From: a virus
Virus record (IMG/VR): IMGVR_UViG_3300007609_000005
Location: 32,001 to 96,000 of that record
Length of the DNA: 64,000 bases
Reading direction: 5' to 3' (one strand)
Position 1 is the stretch's first letter. Each line of letters begins with the position of its first letter. The position numbers and the translations under genes were made by a program. The notes under the pieces were generated by a model. The model had not been told where the DNA came from, made no database searches, and saw only the letters and a list, made by a program, of their open reading frames with translations. Below are positions 20,804-30,753 of the stretch, piece by piece.

Positions 20804-21190
20804 ATGTATAAAGTGAGATTCAATTTAGGAAGAGGTTCTAACTTTCGGAAATGGCAAGTACGGGATAAAGACAACAAACCAACCCACTTCGATCCAATGG
20901 AAGTAACATTGGTAATGTCTAAATGCCAACTCAAAAATAATAAAAATACAGCCAATAAGATATTCGAGGGCTCACATAAAACAGTTTGTGCATGGATAGA
21001 ATGCGAATCTGTTAATGTTATTCGAAAAAATCACCCAATGGATATGGAAACAATGGAATTGAAATATAACCCAAGAAAAAATCCATATTGGACAATTGGA
21101 GACAGTAACGAGGATATAGACAATGAAAAGTATGATCTTATATATTCTGGTAACACACATTTATACACTCCAAAATTATTTTTTGACTAA
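20804..21190 (+). CDS. Conserved phage hypothetical protein
   Basis: 128 aa ORF with YNP motif after AAAC-N18-TATA. Confidence 0.7.
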   Translation: MYKVRFNLGRGSNFRKWQVRDKDNKPTHFDPMEVTLVMSKCQLKNNKNTANKIFEGSHKTVCAWIECESVNVIRKNHPMDMETMELKYNPRKNPYWTIGDSNEDIDNEKYDLIYSGNTHLYTPKLFFD

Positions 21191-21328
21191 ATAAATACCA
21201 CATTTGAACTTAAATTGGAATAAATTTCAAAAAATTTCAAAAAAAGTTCACACAATATTTGTTTGTATCAAAAAGAAATGCATATCTTTGTAATCGTAAA
21301 TCAATTATTAATCATAAACAACAGTAAA

Positions 21329-22498
21329 ATGTCAGAAGAAAAAGAAAAAAATGTGCAACGGATTAAAGACCGAGAGGCAAAATCCGAAAGTGGAATGATC
21401 TCTAACCAAGAGTTCTCTCCACGAATGAAAAACCTCACAAAGAAAGAGGAAGCCTACTTCCGTTCAATGTGGCCAAAGTATGGTGTTCTCTTCATCACAG
21501 CAAAACCAGGTGTTGCTAAATCAGCAATTGCCCGTTCCATTGCTGAGAAGATGGGATTCCGTTACATGGACCTTCGCCTTTCAATGGTTGATGAGACTGA
21601 TGTCGGTCTTTTCCCAAATGTGAGTGAAGTTGATGGTTCTAAAGTTCTTGATCACGTTGTTCCACGTTGGGCAGTTGAATCCAACAAGCAACCAACCATC
21701 ATCCACTTCGAGGAGTTGAACCGTGCAACCCAACAGGTTCGTAATGCAGCACTTCAAATCCTTCTTGAAAGAGAAATCGGTACGAATTTCAAATTCAATG
21801 ACAATGTATTGATGATGGCTTCAGGTAACCTTGGTGACGAAGATGGTACTGATGTCGAGGAATTTGACTCAGCATTGAACGGTCGTCTTATCCACGTTCA
21901 ACACACATTGAGTGTAGATGAGTGGATGGAAAACTTCGCAAAGGAGAATGTTCACCCAACAATCGTTGGATATCTGAACTCTCACCCGGAGAAACTTTAT
22001 GTTGATCCAAACCAGGATGACAAATTCAATGCATACGCATCACCACGTTCATGGACAATGATGAGTGAGTTTATTGTGAAGAACTACGGCATCAATGCAA
22101 CTGCGAAGGATTTCCTTCCTGCATTGAAACAACAAGCCGGTTCTTATATCGGTGCAACTGCGGTGAAGTACATCCAATACTGTGAGGATATGTTGCGTAT
22201 CAGCATCATGGATGTATTGAACAACTACAAGAAAGTTAAAAACGATCTTGAGCAGTACAACCGTGACAAGAAGTCTGAACTAATTCAATCTCTTAAAGAG
22301 ATGGAGGTAACAGAACTTACTGATAAGCAGATGAAAAACTGCGTAGCTTTCTTGAAGACTGTGGATGATGATGAATTGACTGCATACCTTCTTCACCTAG
22401 TAGATACCAATTACGAAGTGACAAGTGATAAACTGAAGAAATTTCTTTTGAATTTCAGAGATACACTTCAGACAATCCACAGTATTAACAACAAATAA
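21329..22498 (+). CDS. MoxR-like AAA+ ATPase
   Basis: Variant Walker A AKPGVAKS, Walker B IHFEELNRA, SPRSW; start reassigned to MSEEK. Confidence 0.85.
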   Translation: MSEEKEKNVQRIKDREAKSESGMISNQEFSPRMKNLTKKEEAYFRSMWPKYGVLFITAKPGVAKSAIARSIAEKMGFRYMDLRLSMVDETDVGLFPNVSEVDGSKVLDHVVPRWAVESNKQPTIIHFEELNRATQQVRNAALQILLEREIGTNFKFNDNVLMMASGNLGDEDGTDVEEFDSALNGRLIHVQHTLSVDEWMENFAKENVHPTIVGYLNSHPEKLYVDPNQDDKFNAYASPRSWTMMSEFIVKNYGINATAKDFLPALKQQAGSYIGATAVKYIQYCEDMLRISIMDVLNNYKKVKNDLEQYNRDKKSELIQSLKEMEVTELTDKQMKNCVAFLKTVDDDELTAYLLHLVDTNYEVTSDKLKKFLLNFRDTLQTIHSINNK

Positions 22499-22536
22499 GT
22501 GTATGTTGTATAGACATATAATACTGTGATACTGTT

Positions 22537-22572
22537 GAGAGGGGCTTTGGTAAAACAAAGCCCCTCTTTTTT
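22537..22572 (+). terminator. Intrinsic terminator
   Basis: AGAGGGGCTTTG-GTAAAA-CAAAGCCCCTCT-TTTTT. Confidence 0.85.
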
Positions 22573-22584
22573 CGTATAAAGATA

Positions 22585-22797
22585 ATGAGAATCAGAATTC
22601 GTGTCATATCAGAACTTGGGGAATTCATAGGTGATACCTTAGAAGTAACACCCGATGAATATAAAGGACTTTGTGAAATATCTAAAGACTATTATAACCA
22701 AAATGGATTCGAAATGATAACGGAAGATGGTGGTTTGGTAATAATACCACCAAATATAATAACTGATTCCATATTAAAAATAGATGTTATGAAATGA
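22585..22797 (+). CDS. Hypothetical protein
   Basis: 70 aa ORF. Confidence 0.65.
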   Translation: MRIRIRVISELGEFIGDTLEVTPDEYKGLCEISKDYYNQNGFEMITEDGGLVIIPPNIITDSILKIDVMK

Positions 22798-23453
22798 GTA
22801 GGTTTAAAAATATGTTTAAGAAATTCGGAGGTGAAAAAATCCCGGACATTATAGAGTATTTAAGAGAACGGATAGATGAAAACCCCAATCTCACAATTAC
22901 TGTTGGATGTGATTCCATACAAAAACGTAGAAAAACCATTTACGCATGTACAATAATGTTCTATGATATGGATATCCGTAGAGGGGCACACGTTGTCTTT
23001 TTCCGTGAAAAGGTAGATAAGGTAAGGGATGACCTTGAAAGACTTTATAAGGAGTCTGTATATGCATATGAGATTGCAGAGTACTTGGATTCTGAGTTAT
23101 CATCTTTCTATGTTCGAAAAGACATAACAGATTATGAAAGAAAGAGATATAAATACCACCTACAGGAATGTGACGGTAACAATTCTTGGATAAAAGACCA
23201 CCATGTTGAGAAATACATCGATAACATGGTGCTTTCTGACCAAGAAAAATCTATGGAATATAAAATGGTTGATATACACTTGGATTATAACCCAAAGAAA
23301 TATACATTGAACCGAGGCAGGAAGCAAGTAAATATATCCAATGAATCTTTTTTAAGTTACGTTCCATGGTTGAAAGGACTTAATTACAGAGTGTTCTGTA
23401 AAAAGGATAGCCATGCTGCAACTTCTGCTGCTGACTTGTTATTGAAAGATTAA
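22794..23453 (+). CDS. RNase H-like YkuK (DUF458) family protein
   Basis: VGCDS, IHLDYN, AATSAAD. Confidence 0.75.
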   Translation: MSRFKNMFKKFGGEKIPDIIEYLRERIDENPNLTITVGCDSIQKRRKTIYACTIMFYDMDIRRGAHVVFFREKVDKVRDDLERLYKESVYAYEIAEYLDSELSSFYVRKDITDYERKRYKYHLQECDGNNSWIKDHHVEKYIDNMVLSDQEKSMEYKMVDIHLDYNPKKYTLNRGRKQVNISNESFLSYVPWLKGLNYRVFCKKDSHAATSAADLLLKD

Positions 23454-23509
23454 ATCCTTATATTTGTAATCAATCATTAAACAAAATCATAAAATAAGAT
23501 ATAAGTAAT

Positions 23510-24076
23510 ATGAATAGAGAAGTAAGTGTACATGGATTACATTATTCACAAAGTCAAGTTGGTACATATGTATGCCTTTTATCAGAAGATATTGGCACAC
23601 GCAAATTACCCATCATTGTAAATTCTGCAGATGCACAAGTAATAGCATTGAAAGTTGAGAATATGAAATCTCCAAGACCTTTGATGGCAGATGTTGTCGA
23701 TAATGTTATTGATGCATTCGGTGGATTTTGTAGAGAAGTTGTGATATATAACATTCTTGAAGGTGTTTTTTATGCAAAAATCGTAGTTAGCAATCATGTT
23801 GATACATTTGATATTGAATGTACTGCCGGTGCTGCCATTACATTATCAAAGGTATTTAATTGCCCTCTTTTCGTTGATGAAAAGGTTCTTGATAGTACTG
23901 GGATTGAAATTGGGGATGATGGAGAACCGGTTGAAGAAGAACATCAACCAAGTGAAAGTGTTGTTCGGATTGAAGACCTTGAACGAATGTTAGAAGATGC
24001 ACTCGATTCCGAGGATTATATGTTGGCTGCTGAATTACGTGATAAGATCCAAGACCGAAAGGAACAAGAGCAGTAA
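23510..24076 (+). CDS. Bifunctional nuclease (DUF151) with C-terminal UVR domain
   Basis: LPIIV, PRPL, GVFYAKI; EDYMLAAELRD. Confidence 0.85.
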   Translation: MNREVSVHGLHYSQSQVGTYVCLLSEDIGTRKLPIIVNSADAQVIALKVENMKSPRPLMADVVDNVIDAFGGFCREVVIYNILEGVFYAKIVVSNHVDTFDIECTAGAAITLSKVFNCPLFVDEKVLDSTGIEIGDDGEPVEEEHQPSESVVRIEDLERMLEDALDSEDYMLAAELRDKIQDRKEQEQ

Positions 24077-24147
24077 TAAAGGTTTATTCTGCCTTATTGC
24101 AATCACACGGTTCTTTCATCAGGTGAACACTTAAAGGATATATTTTA

Positions 24148-24504
24148 ATGCCAGAATACACCAATATAAGTAAAGAAGTAAGGGGAACATTGATGGATAC
24201 AACATCAACCGAATTAATCGCAAATTGGCTAAAGCCGTATTTCCCAGAAATAACATATGAAAATATAGATATATCAAAAACACCATTTAATAATTTAACG
24301 CTAAATTATAAAGATATCCCAATACTGTTTGAGAGGGATTTTGTTTTAACCATAAACCCTGTAAAAGATAAACATGGTAATTACCAAACTACCGAATTCA
24401 AACGATGGATAATTGAGGATCTTCCGGCATTAACAATTAAACACAAAAGGAGAAAACTTCTTGATACAATAATGAATGAGAAAAGGAGCACAAACATTCA
24501 ATGA
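24148..24504 (+). CDS. Hypothetical protein with C-terminal motif variant
   Basis: RRKLLDTIM near the C-terminus. Confidence 0.6.
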   Translation: MPEYTNISKEVRGTLMDTTSTELIANWLKPYFPEITYENIDISKTPFNNLTLNYKDIPILFERDFVLTINPVKDKHGNYQTTEFKRWIIEDLPALTIKHKRRKLLDTIMNEKRSTNIQ

Positions 24505-24872
24505 AGATCAAACTCAAAAAAGCAAAAATACAACTCCGCCACAGGATAAAGATATTTAAACATTTTTACCTCAAAAGATATTTTATCATAAATGGTATTA
24601 TTCTAATTATTGCGATACACAACTATGTAATGCATGGTGACTTAACAGGATTCATTTGTTTTGGTTCAACATTGGCAATATTCCTATTACTTTTTTTATC
24701 AGTTGATATTCAGGCAAGATCAGATAATAATTTCAATCACCCAATCGATAAACTTCTCCAAAGAGAAATAGGTAATGACCAAGAATATAAATCAATACTC
24801 GAAGAAGAGAAATTTACAAAGAACAAAAAAGAACGTGAAAAGAAACTTAAGAAAATATTAAATGATAATTGA
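24501..24872 (+). CDS. Two-TM membrane protein with C-terminal motif
   Basis: Two hydrophobic segments; ends REKKLKKILNDN. Confidence 0.7.
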   Translation: MKIKLKKAKIQLRHRIKIFKHFYLKRYFIINGIILIIAIHNYVMHGDLTGFICFGSTLAIFLLLFLSVDIQARSDNNFNHPIDKLLQREIGNDQEYKSILEEEKFTKNKKEREKKLKKILNDN

Positions 24873-24918
24873 CATATGGAACACTTGCCATTCCATTTAA
24901 AATCTGTATATTTGTATT

Positions 24919-25641
24919 ATGGATATTACAAAACCATTTTATATATTCGGGTCAGAAAACTCACAAGATTATGATGTGTTGGTCTCCGTTGATGAAATAC
25001 CACAGGAAATTGATAAAGCACATAAAATCTGTAAGTTTTGGAATCAAAGATTATCTCTTATTCTAACAGACAAACCATTAAACTGTAACATCGGTGTTTT
25101 TAATGATGGTGATCTGGTTTCTTGTTTTAAAGGAACTGTTGACGAATTATCAAATGTGTTGTATTATACATATGATAACCACACACAATATTTCCCCAAC
25201 CCCATTAAAAATCCAGTTGAACGGGACTTGGATGAAAAATTGGTAAGAGTTGCAAGATTCATCATTTCCTTTTATTCACGTACAGAACTCAGAAGTGATA
25301 TTAAGAAGGCACTACGTGGAAACATATCGGATAGAACCAATGTCATTAAAAAGATAGATTTTACCAAAATGACCGAATTCCCCGGTAAAAAAGAAAAGAA
25401 AGAAGACATATACAAAGTACTTGCTTTCCAATTTGGACAAGTATTCTCTATGGTGGATGATAAAGAATCTGAATCTTATACCAAAACCGAGATAATGAAA
25501 AACTATCCCGATCTGGGAAATATGTTAGTTAGGGGAGAAACCAAACAAACCGACCTGGAAACTCTCAATGAGTACCGTGATCGGTTTGTCGATTATGTGG
25601 AGAAAAACTTGGATAGTAAGTTAGTAGAGACTCTTATTTAA
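24919..25641 (+). CDS. Putative Pol-beta-superfamily nucleotidyltransferase
   Basis: FGS-x4-DYD motif at the N-terminus. Confidence 0.6.
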   Translation: MDITKPFYIFGSENSQDYDVLVSVDEIPQEIDKAHKICKFWNQRLSLILTDKPLNCNIGVFNDGDLVSCFKGTVDELSNVLYYTYDNHTQYFPNPIKNPVERDLDEKLVRVARFIISFYSRTELRSDIKKALRGNISDRTNVIKKIDFTKMTEFPGKKEKKEDIYKVLAFQFGQVFSMVDDKESESYTKTEIMKNYPDLGNMLVRGETKQTDLETLNEYRDRFVDYVEKNLDSKLVETLI

Positions 25642-25798
25642 GAAGCCTCTCTGCCTTTATCTTTTTCCACTTCTCTATATCATTCTCCATAAGCTTTCGG
25701 ATTCTCTTAGACATAGTAAAACTATTTTCTTCACAGAAATCTTTATAATCTTTATGTAATTTCTTAGGGATTCGGATATTCATTAACTTATCGTGCAT
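25634..25798 (-). CDS. Ribbon-helix-helix DNA-binding protein (54 aa)
   Basis: Manual translation MHDKLMNIRIPKKLHKDYKDFCEENSFTMSKRIRKLMENDIE...; TATATA upstream. Confidence 0.7.
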   Translation of the reverse strand: MHDKLMNIRIPKKLHKDYKDFCEENSFTMSKRIRKLMENDIEKWKKIKAERLLK

Positions 25799-25878
25799 AA
25801 TTCAGACTTTTATTTACTTGTATATATATGTATTTCTCCTCTCCCTAAACCATTTATTAAATTTATCATATAAAACAC

Positions 25879-26118
25879 ATGTGCAATTCACGAATATATG
25901 ACGAAAAGATATTTAAGGATAAAATTGAGAAACTTAGAACGGAGTATTACTATTGCCCTCACTGCTTTGCGAATAATTTAACATCCATAACAAGTGGTGG
26001 TGCTATATTAATACATGATTACCTATGCATCAATTGCAATGAAACATTCGATATTATTTTAGCATTGACCAAGACGGAAATTAGGGAATTGAAACTCAAT
26101 AAACTACTTTCTAATTGA
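25879..26118 (+). CDS. Zn-ribbon protein with C-terminal motif
   Basis: CPHC...CINC; ends IRELKLNKLLSN. Confidence 0.7.
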   Translation: MCNSRIYDEKIFKDKIEKLRTEYYYCPHCFANNLTSITSGGAILIHDYLCINCNETFDIILALTKTEIRELKLNKLLSN

Positions 26119-26472
26119 CTTTCTATGTTGAATTACCCTATGACAACGATAACCTACATATAATTGAACAAAACATGGATAAACATTCACAAATAGGTTA
26201 AATAACCACCACATTGGAGGTATGTGCCCAATTATAGATAAGGGTATAATTATATAAGTAAGAAAACCAATAATATGTATAGTGAATATTCGTACTGCAC
26301 TCGCCTTTCTAATTTTAACACTTTTTAAAGCCGATAACCCACTTGCAATAAAACGTATGATAGGGTTCTTTGATTGCCCATTTGTCACAAGTAACCAGTT
26401 CATATAGAATTTAGTACCGGTAACAATTGCTAACACCTCAACAACATCTCTGATCTTATCTGAATCATACAT
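26104..26472 (-). CDS. Membrane protein, weakly CrtO acyltransferase-like
   Basis: Hydrophobic; NLFVNVYPCFVQLY resembles the CrtO-family motif. Confidence 0.45.
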   Translation of the reverse strand: MYDSDKIRDVVEVLAIVTGTKFYMNWLLVTNGQSKNPIIRFIASGLSALKSVKIRKASAVRIFTIHIIGFLTYIIIPLSIIGHIPPMWWLFNLFVNVYPCFVQLYVGYRCHRVIQHRKSIRK

Positions 26473-26511
26473 ATGATGTAAATATACAACAAAAAATTTA
26501 ATATATGTAAT

Positions 26512-26862
26512 ATGAAGTTAGATTTTCAATTACTTAGACACAACTATATCAAACGACTTGTTATATTTTCTCTATTTCTATATAAGAACCAAAGAAAAAA
26601 TGAAGTGACATATTCCAACTTAGTCCGTTCGTTCATTGACAAAAGACTTAATATAAACATAGAATTGGATATTGATGTTGGTCCAAAAATGCCAAAGGTC
26701 GATGTGAGAAATGTTCTATTAGATGACATACTTGGTGATTCAGATATGGATGTGGGAGTAATGAATCTTGTCATTGTTAATTTCAAAACAGGACACAAAG
26801 AGGAAACACTACAAATAAATTTGAACGATGAAGAAAAATACGAACTATTTTTAGAATCTTAG
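26512..26862 (+). CDS. Hypothetical protein
   Basis: 116 aa ORF with internal RNVLLDDIL. Confidence 0.6.
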   Translation: MKLDFQLLRHNYIKRLVIFSLFLYKNQRKNEVTYSNLVRSFIDKRLNINIELDIDVGPKMPKVDVRNVLLDDILGDSDMDVGVMNLVIVNFKTGHKEETLQINLNDEEKYELFLES

Positions 26863-27500
26863 TTCGAAACTGGAACATATTTATCAACTTTCCTTTTGTG
26901 CAGCCGGTTGCTGCGTAATTTAAAATATTTCCACTTACGTCTCATGTTCATTGCAACATAATATGCATCAGGTTTCAATAGATCATTGAATATTTTCATA
27001 TTATGAAATTGTCTTTTATAAACCATCTCAATGAATCCATCATCTACATTATGACCACCTTTTTCCGAACGTTCTTTATTTTGTTTTTTCGCAGTTTCGA
27101 GATCAACAATAATATGTACAAACATTAGTTTATATCCATATTTCTTAGATTCCTCCTTCACCCTCAAAAGTACTCTATCATTGGTTGCTGTTGTATCATA
27201 TACAAAGTTTTGTCCAGACTCCATAAAGGCAAATAATCTTTTAATATTCAATTCAGACGAACCCGAAACATATTCCTCACTCGAACCACCTAATAAAGTA
27301 CGTGAAACATCATCTGTTGAAAAAATTTTAACATTTTTCATCTTTCTCTTTATCTCATTCATAGCAAATGTTGATTTCCCAGCACCGGGTGCTCCGGTCA
27401 ATATTATTCCCAATTTAGAATTTTCTCTGAATTCTGGAATTGGGTCATTCTTGGAATACTCTTCATTTATATGTTCTTTATACTTTAAAATTTCCATCAC
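26859..27500 (-). CDS. P-loop kinase (zeta toxin/AAA_33-like) with N-terminal targeting-like peptide
   Basis: GAPGAGKST, STDD, VYDTT, GGHNV. Confidence 0.75.
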   Translation of the reverse strand: MMEILKYKEHINEEYSKNDPIPEFRENSKLGIILTGAPGAGKSTFAMNEIKRKMKNVKIFSTDDVSRTLLGGSSEEYVSGSSELNIKRLFAFMESGQNFVYDTTATNDRVLLRVKEESKKYGYKLMFVHIIVDLETAKKQNKERSEKGGHNVDDGFIEMVYKRQFHNMKIFNDLLKPDAYYVAMNMRRKWKYFKLRSNRLHKRKVDKYVPVSN

Positions 27501-28504
27501 CCATCATGCCTTATTGTTATATCCACACTATTATATGCTGAATTAGATATCCATATATCATATGGTACTTGGTAAGAAAAATCATTTGAAAATGTATAAC
27601 CATCCTTTATCTTGGTGAAATCATTTGAAAACATGTTACCAACATAGAATCCATCATTTGGTAGGTTACCATAAACACTTGGGTGAGCATATACGAAATA
27701 AGAACCAGTCCCAAAACTCATATGAGTCTCAAAATCAAACCCGTTCTGTAATGAACTTACCGTAAGACCCTTTATACGTGTATCTGTTATATATGCTCTT
27801 GTAGTAGTAACTGATGATGGAAGACTTGGTGTATATCCCCCAATAGGTGTGAGGTCAATCGGACCATAATAAACCTTGTGTTTATAAATAGCAGAGGATG
27901 TTGCACTAAAAGTCATACCATCACCAGTAACAACACTCATTGTAAATATATTCAATTCTGTAACTGCTGGAGTTGATGAGAATGTAGGCGAAATACCACT
28001 TTGAGTACCTACTTCCGGGTAACTACCGGTCGGTACCACTGTACCTAACAATCCGGTAGGACCATTGAATGATATGGAAAATAATGGAGAGTACCCGGGT
28101 GTTATCTGATATGATAAAGATTGTATAGGTGCTAATTGACCAAATTGATACTCATCAATAACAGCATCAAACCCATCTATCAATGGTTCTCTGTATGATT
28201 CTAACATTTGACCAAACAGTTGATATGGTGTCAAATCGGATAATGTTATTCCCCTTGGAACACCACCAACCTCATACGTTGTCCTTCTCAATGAAGAAAA
28301 AGTTACACCACTTGCAGTTGCAACAGACTGTGATCCTATTTCAAGAACACGGTTATGTAATGTCCATGCCATATCACGAACATCTTTTGCATCAATTAAA
28401 TTACCGGTGTTATCTTGTAACCTTTGTAATAACTGAGTAAAATCGTCCTCATATTCCGAGTACCAATTCGATCCTGTTCCAGTTGATGGTGTTCCTAATG
28501 ACAT
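27497..28504 (-). CDS. Probable virion structural protein (Ser/Thr/Gly-rich)
   Basis: 335 aa with beta-rich composition; TATATA promoter. Confidence 0.55.
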   Translation of the reverse strand: MSLGTPSTGTGSNWYSEYEDDFTQLLQRLQDNTGNLIDAKDVRDMAWTLHNRVLEIGSQSVATASGVTFSSLRRTTYEVGGVPRGITLSDLTPYQLFGQMLESYREPLIDGFDAVIDEYQFGQLAPIQSLSYQITPGYSPLFSISFNGPTGLLGTVVPTGSYPEVGTQSGISPTFSSTPAVTELNIFTMSVVTGDGMTFSATSSAIYKHKVYYGPIDLTPIGGYTPSLPSSVTTTRAYITDTRIKGLTVSSLQNGFDFETHMSFGTGSYFVYAHPSVYGNLPNDGFYVGNMFSNDFTKIKDGYTFSNDFSYQVPYDIWISNSAYNSVDITIRHDG

Positions 28505-28604
28505 TCAATGAAATTCTTTTATCTATATATTATTTTGAAAAAGCCTATTGTTAATCCAAAAGTTATATGTATCTTTGTACAACAAATCAAAAACACACAC
28601 AAAA

Positions 28605-29492
28605 TTGAGTTATTACAGAAGAACACCAAATTTCCAACCTTACAACAAACAAAATCTTCTTGATCGAATCAACAAGATTGAAATTATCCGTGAGGAAAAC
28701 CAAGTCATTACTAAATATGACGGAAGAGTAACTGCAATTTCAGATGTTTCCAATAAGTATGAGGTCTTTGATATCAAGAAGTATATCCAAGAAAAACTTG
28801 ACCTTATTGAGAAAAACTTTGAAATCAAAGAGTTTTATTTTAGTGTAACAAAAGGAATCCAACAATTGAAACTGATCAGTGATACTATCGAGATCAATGG
28901 TATGGAATTCCACAAAACGTTTTTCATCATCAACTCATCTGATCGTTCAAGAAGACTTCAATTCAATTCAGGACTTTACTCAAAAGGAAGTAACTTCTAC
29001 ATGGTGAGTACAACACAAAACCTCGGACTCTCCAAAAAGCATTACCGAGGAATCACAGATGCAGCCGAGGAAGCAACAAAAGACATCAATGTTGAAACAT
29101 TTGACGAGCAGATTGAAGCAATTCAGAAATTAGTGGGACACAAGGTTGCATTCTCAAAACTACGTAAGGTCATGGTCGGTGATGGTAGTGTAAAAACAAA
29201 TCACCTTAAATTTGATAAACTCAAAGAACATCTTCTGTGGGCACTCCGAGAGGATAAATCTGTAACAATGACCGGTGAAAATTATTCACTCCTCAGAAAA
29301 CGGTCACAATATGCAGGAGATGTCGACCCAAATAAAGATTTCTATATGGATGCATTCATGGTATTCCAAGTTTATATGAAATTGTATTCACACTTGGACT
29401 CACACATTGTTAAAACAGAAACAGAAAGAATTCTTGGAATTACACAGTGGGCTGTGAGAAATGAATTATTGGGTGATCTTTTAGCAGTATAA
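28605..29492 (+). CDS. DUF932-like protein with C-terminal motif
   Basis: IINSSDRS...GLY; TTG start after TAnnTTTG; ends RNELLGDLLAV. Confidence 0.55.
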   Translation: MSYYRRTPNFQPYNKQNLLDRINKIEIIREENQVITKYDGRVTAISDVSNKYEVFDIKKYIQEKLDLIEKNFEIKEFYFSVTKGIQQLKLISDTIEINGMEFHKTFFIINSSDRSRRLQFNSGLYSKGSNFYMVSTTQNLGLSKKHYRGITDAAEEATKDINVETFDEQIEAIQKLVGHKVAFSKLRKVMVGDGSVKTNHLKFDKLKEHLLWALREDKSVTMTGENYSLLRKRSQYAGDVDPNKDFYMDAFMVFQVYMKLYSHLDSHIVKTETERILGITQWAVRNELLGDLLAV

Positions 29493-29497
29493 GTATT

Positions 29498-29713
29498 GTG
29501 GAAATAATACACCAAATAATAGCAGAAAGTGTCAGTGGCGGGGTTTTCAACTTCATTGGATATTGGTTAATGATAACGATATTCATTGGAGTTCCCGCCA
29601 AATTAATAGGATTTATAATAAATAGGATTCTAAGACACTGGACAATCAGAAAACATGGATACCCACCACCACATTGTGATGCAGATGGGGATTTTAAAGA
29701 AAAGGATAATTGA
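29498..29713 (+). CDS. Small membrane protein
   Basis: TM helix, then HGYPPPHCDADGDF. Confidence 0.65.
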   Translation: MEIIHQIIAESVSGGVFNFIGYWLMITIFIGVPAKLIGFIINRILRHWTIRKHGYPPPHCDADGDFKEKDN

Positions 29714-29728
29714 CATGATAGTTTGCAA

Positions 29729-30403
29729 TTAATCTCCCATAGCATCCCAATATCCCCAAAGGTATTTCTTAAATCGTTTCATTTGTTTGGCATTAAGAAC
29801 TTTCTTATAAACATCCCAAACCCAAGATTTTATATCCTTGGGATTATTCAATAACTGTAAAATATCATCCTTACTTTTACCTTGCTCAACTAACTGATCA
29901 ATCAATGATTGTGCATAGGCCATCAATTCCTTTTTATCATTCCAATATTTTTTAGGATTATGCGTTGGTGATGAATCTAACAAATATAAATCTGAATTAC
30001 CCATTCTACTAACTTGTTGTAGATGTATAGATTCATGTCTAAGAACCTCATTTAAAAAGGTGCATATATTTCTAACCATTTCTTTATCAGATAATGATTT
30101 TATGAACTTGTCTTCAATAACAACAATCATTATCATATCTTTATACTTATTATAAAGTGCGAATTTTATTCCAGCAAACAATTCTAACTCACGTGGTGCC
30201 ATTTCTTTCTCAATTTCAGTACCAAGGGAATCATGAAACGTGTCAAAATCAGCAAATTCTACTTTATACTCCCTTGACATTTTATTTAACGAAGAAATGC
30301 CATCAAACTTCTCATTTTTCAAACTCTGTAAAAGTTTATCGAAATTAAGTGGTTTTATTACACCTTCACTGAACGATATATAATTATCAAGATATTTCAT
30401 CAC
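29729..30403 (-). CDS. Putative zincin metallopeptidase with N-terminal targeting-like peptide
   Basis: HESIH (HExxH) plus downstream ELMAYA. Confidence 0.65.
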   Translation of the reverse strand: MMKYLDNYISFSEGVIKPLNFDKLLQSLKNEKFDGISSLNKMSREYKVEFADFDTFHDSLGTEIEKEMAPRELELFAGIKFALYNKYKDMIMIVVIEDKFIKSLSDKEMVRNICTFLNEVLRHESIHLQQVSRMGNSDLYLLDSSPTHNPKKYWNDKKELMAYAQSLIDQLVEQGKSKDDILQLLNNPKDIKSWVWDVYKKVLNAKQMKRFKKYLWGYWDAMGD

Positions 30404-30708
30404 ATACCCAATGCACTATTATCTTTATCCTCATAATATTCTTGTTCAGCCTTAACCTCATCAATAACTGATTGATCAACATTATTTGCTTCAAGTATAT
30501 TAACCACATTCTGATAAACATCCCTTTGTGCAGTTTTGCATATTGTAGTTGCATCACTCCGTTCTATAAACTTTTTCTTACGGAAATCTTCACCATATAA
30601 CTCTTCCCAATACCTTCCACTTCCTAACTGTTTCTTGAAAATATGTTCCCACATTTCACTTCTTATTTTGTCATCAGATGACTCATTGAATTTCTTTAAA
30701 TGTTTCAT
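30400..30708 (-). CDS. Hypothetical protein (MKHLKKFNE)
   Basis: Start at 30708 after TATATA. Confidence 0.75.
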   Translation of the reverse strand: MKHLKKFNESSDDKIRSEMWEHIFKKQLGSGRYWEELYGEDFRKKKFIERSDATTICKTAQRDVYQNVVNILEANNVDQSVIDEVKAEQEYYEDKDNSALGM

Positions 30709-30721
30709 ATGGTTATATATT

Positions 30722-30748
30722 AAACATTCCACCTGAAAAAATGTATAA
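30722..30748 (+). promoter_or_regulatory. AAAC-N18-TATA putative phage promoter (representative)
   Basis: Same spacing at 20771, 22553, 25847, 44911, 48736, 51129, 56810 and 58893; N17 at 23479. Confidence 0.6.
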
Positions 30749-30753
30749 AAATT

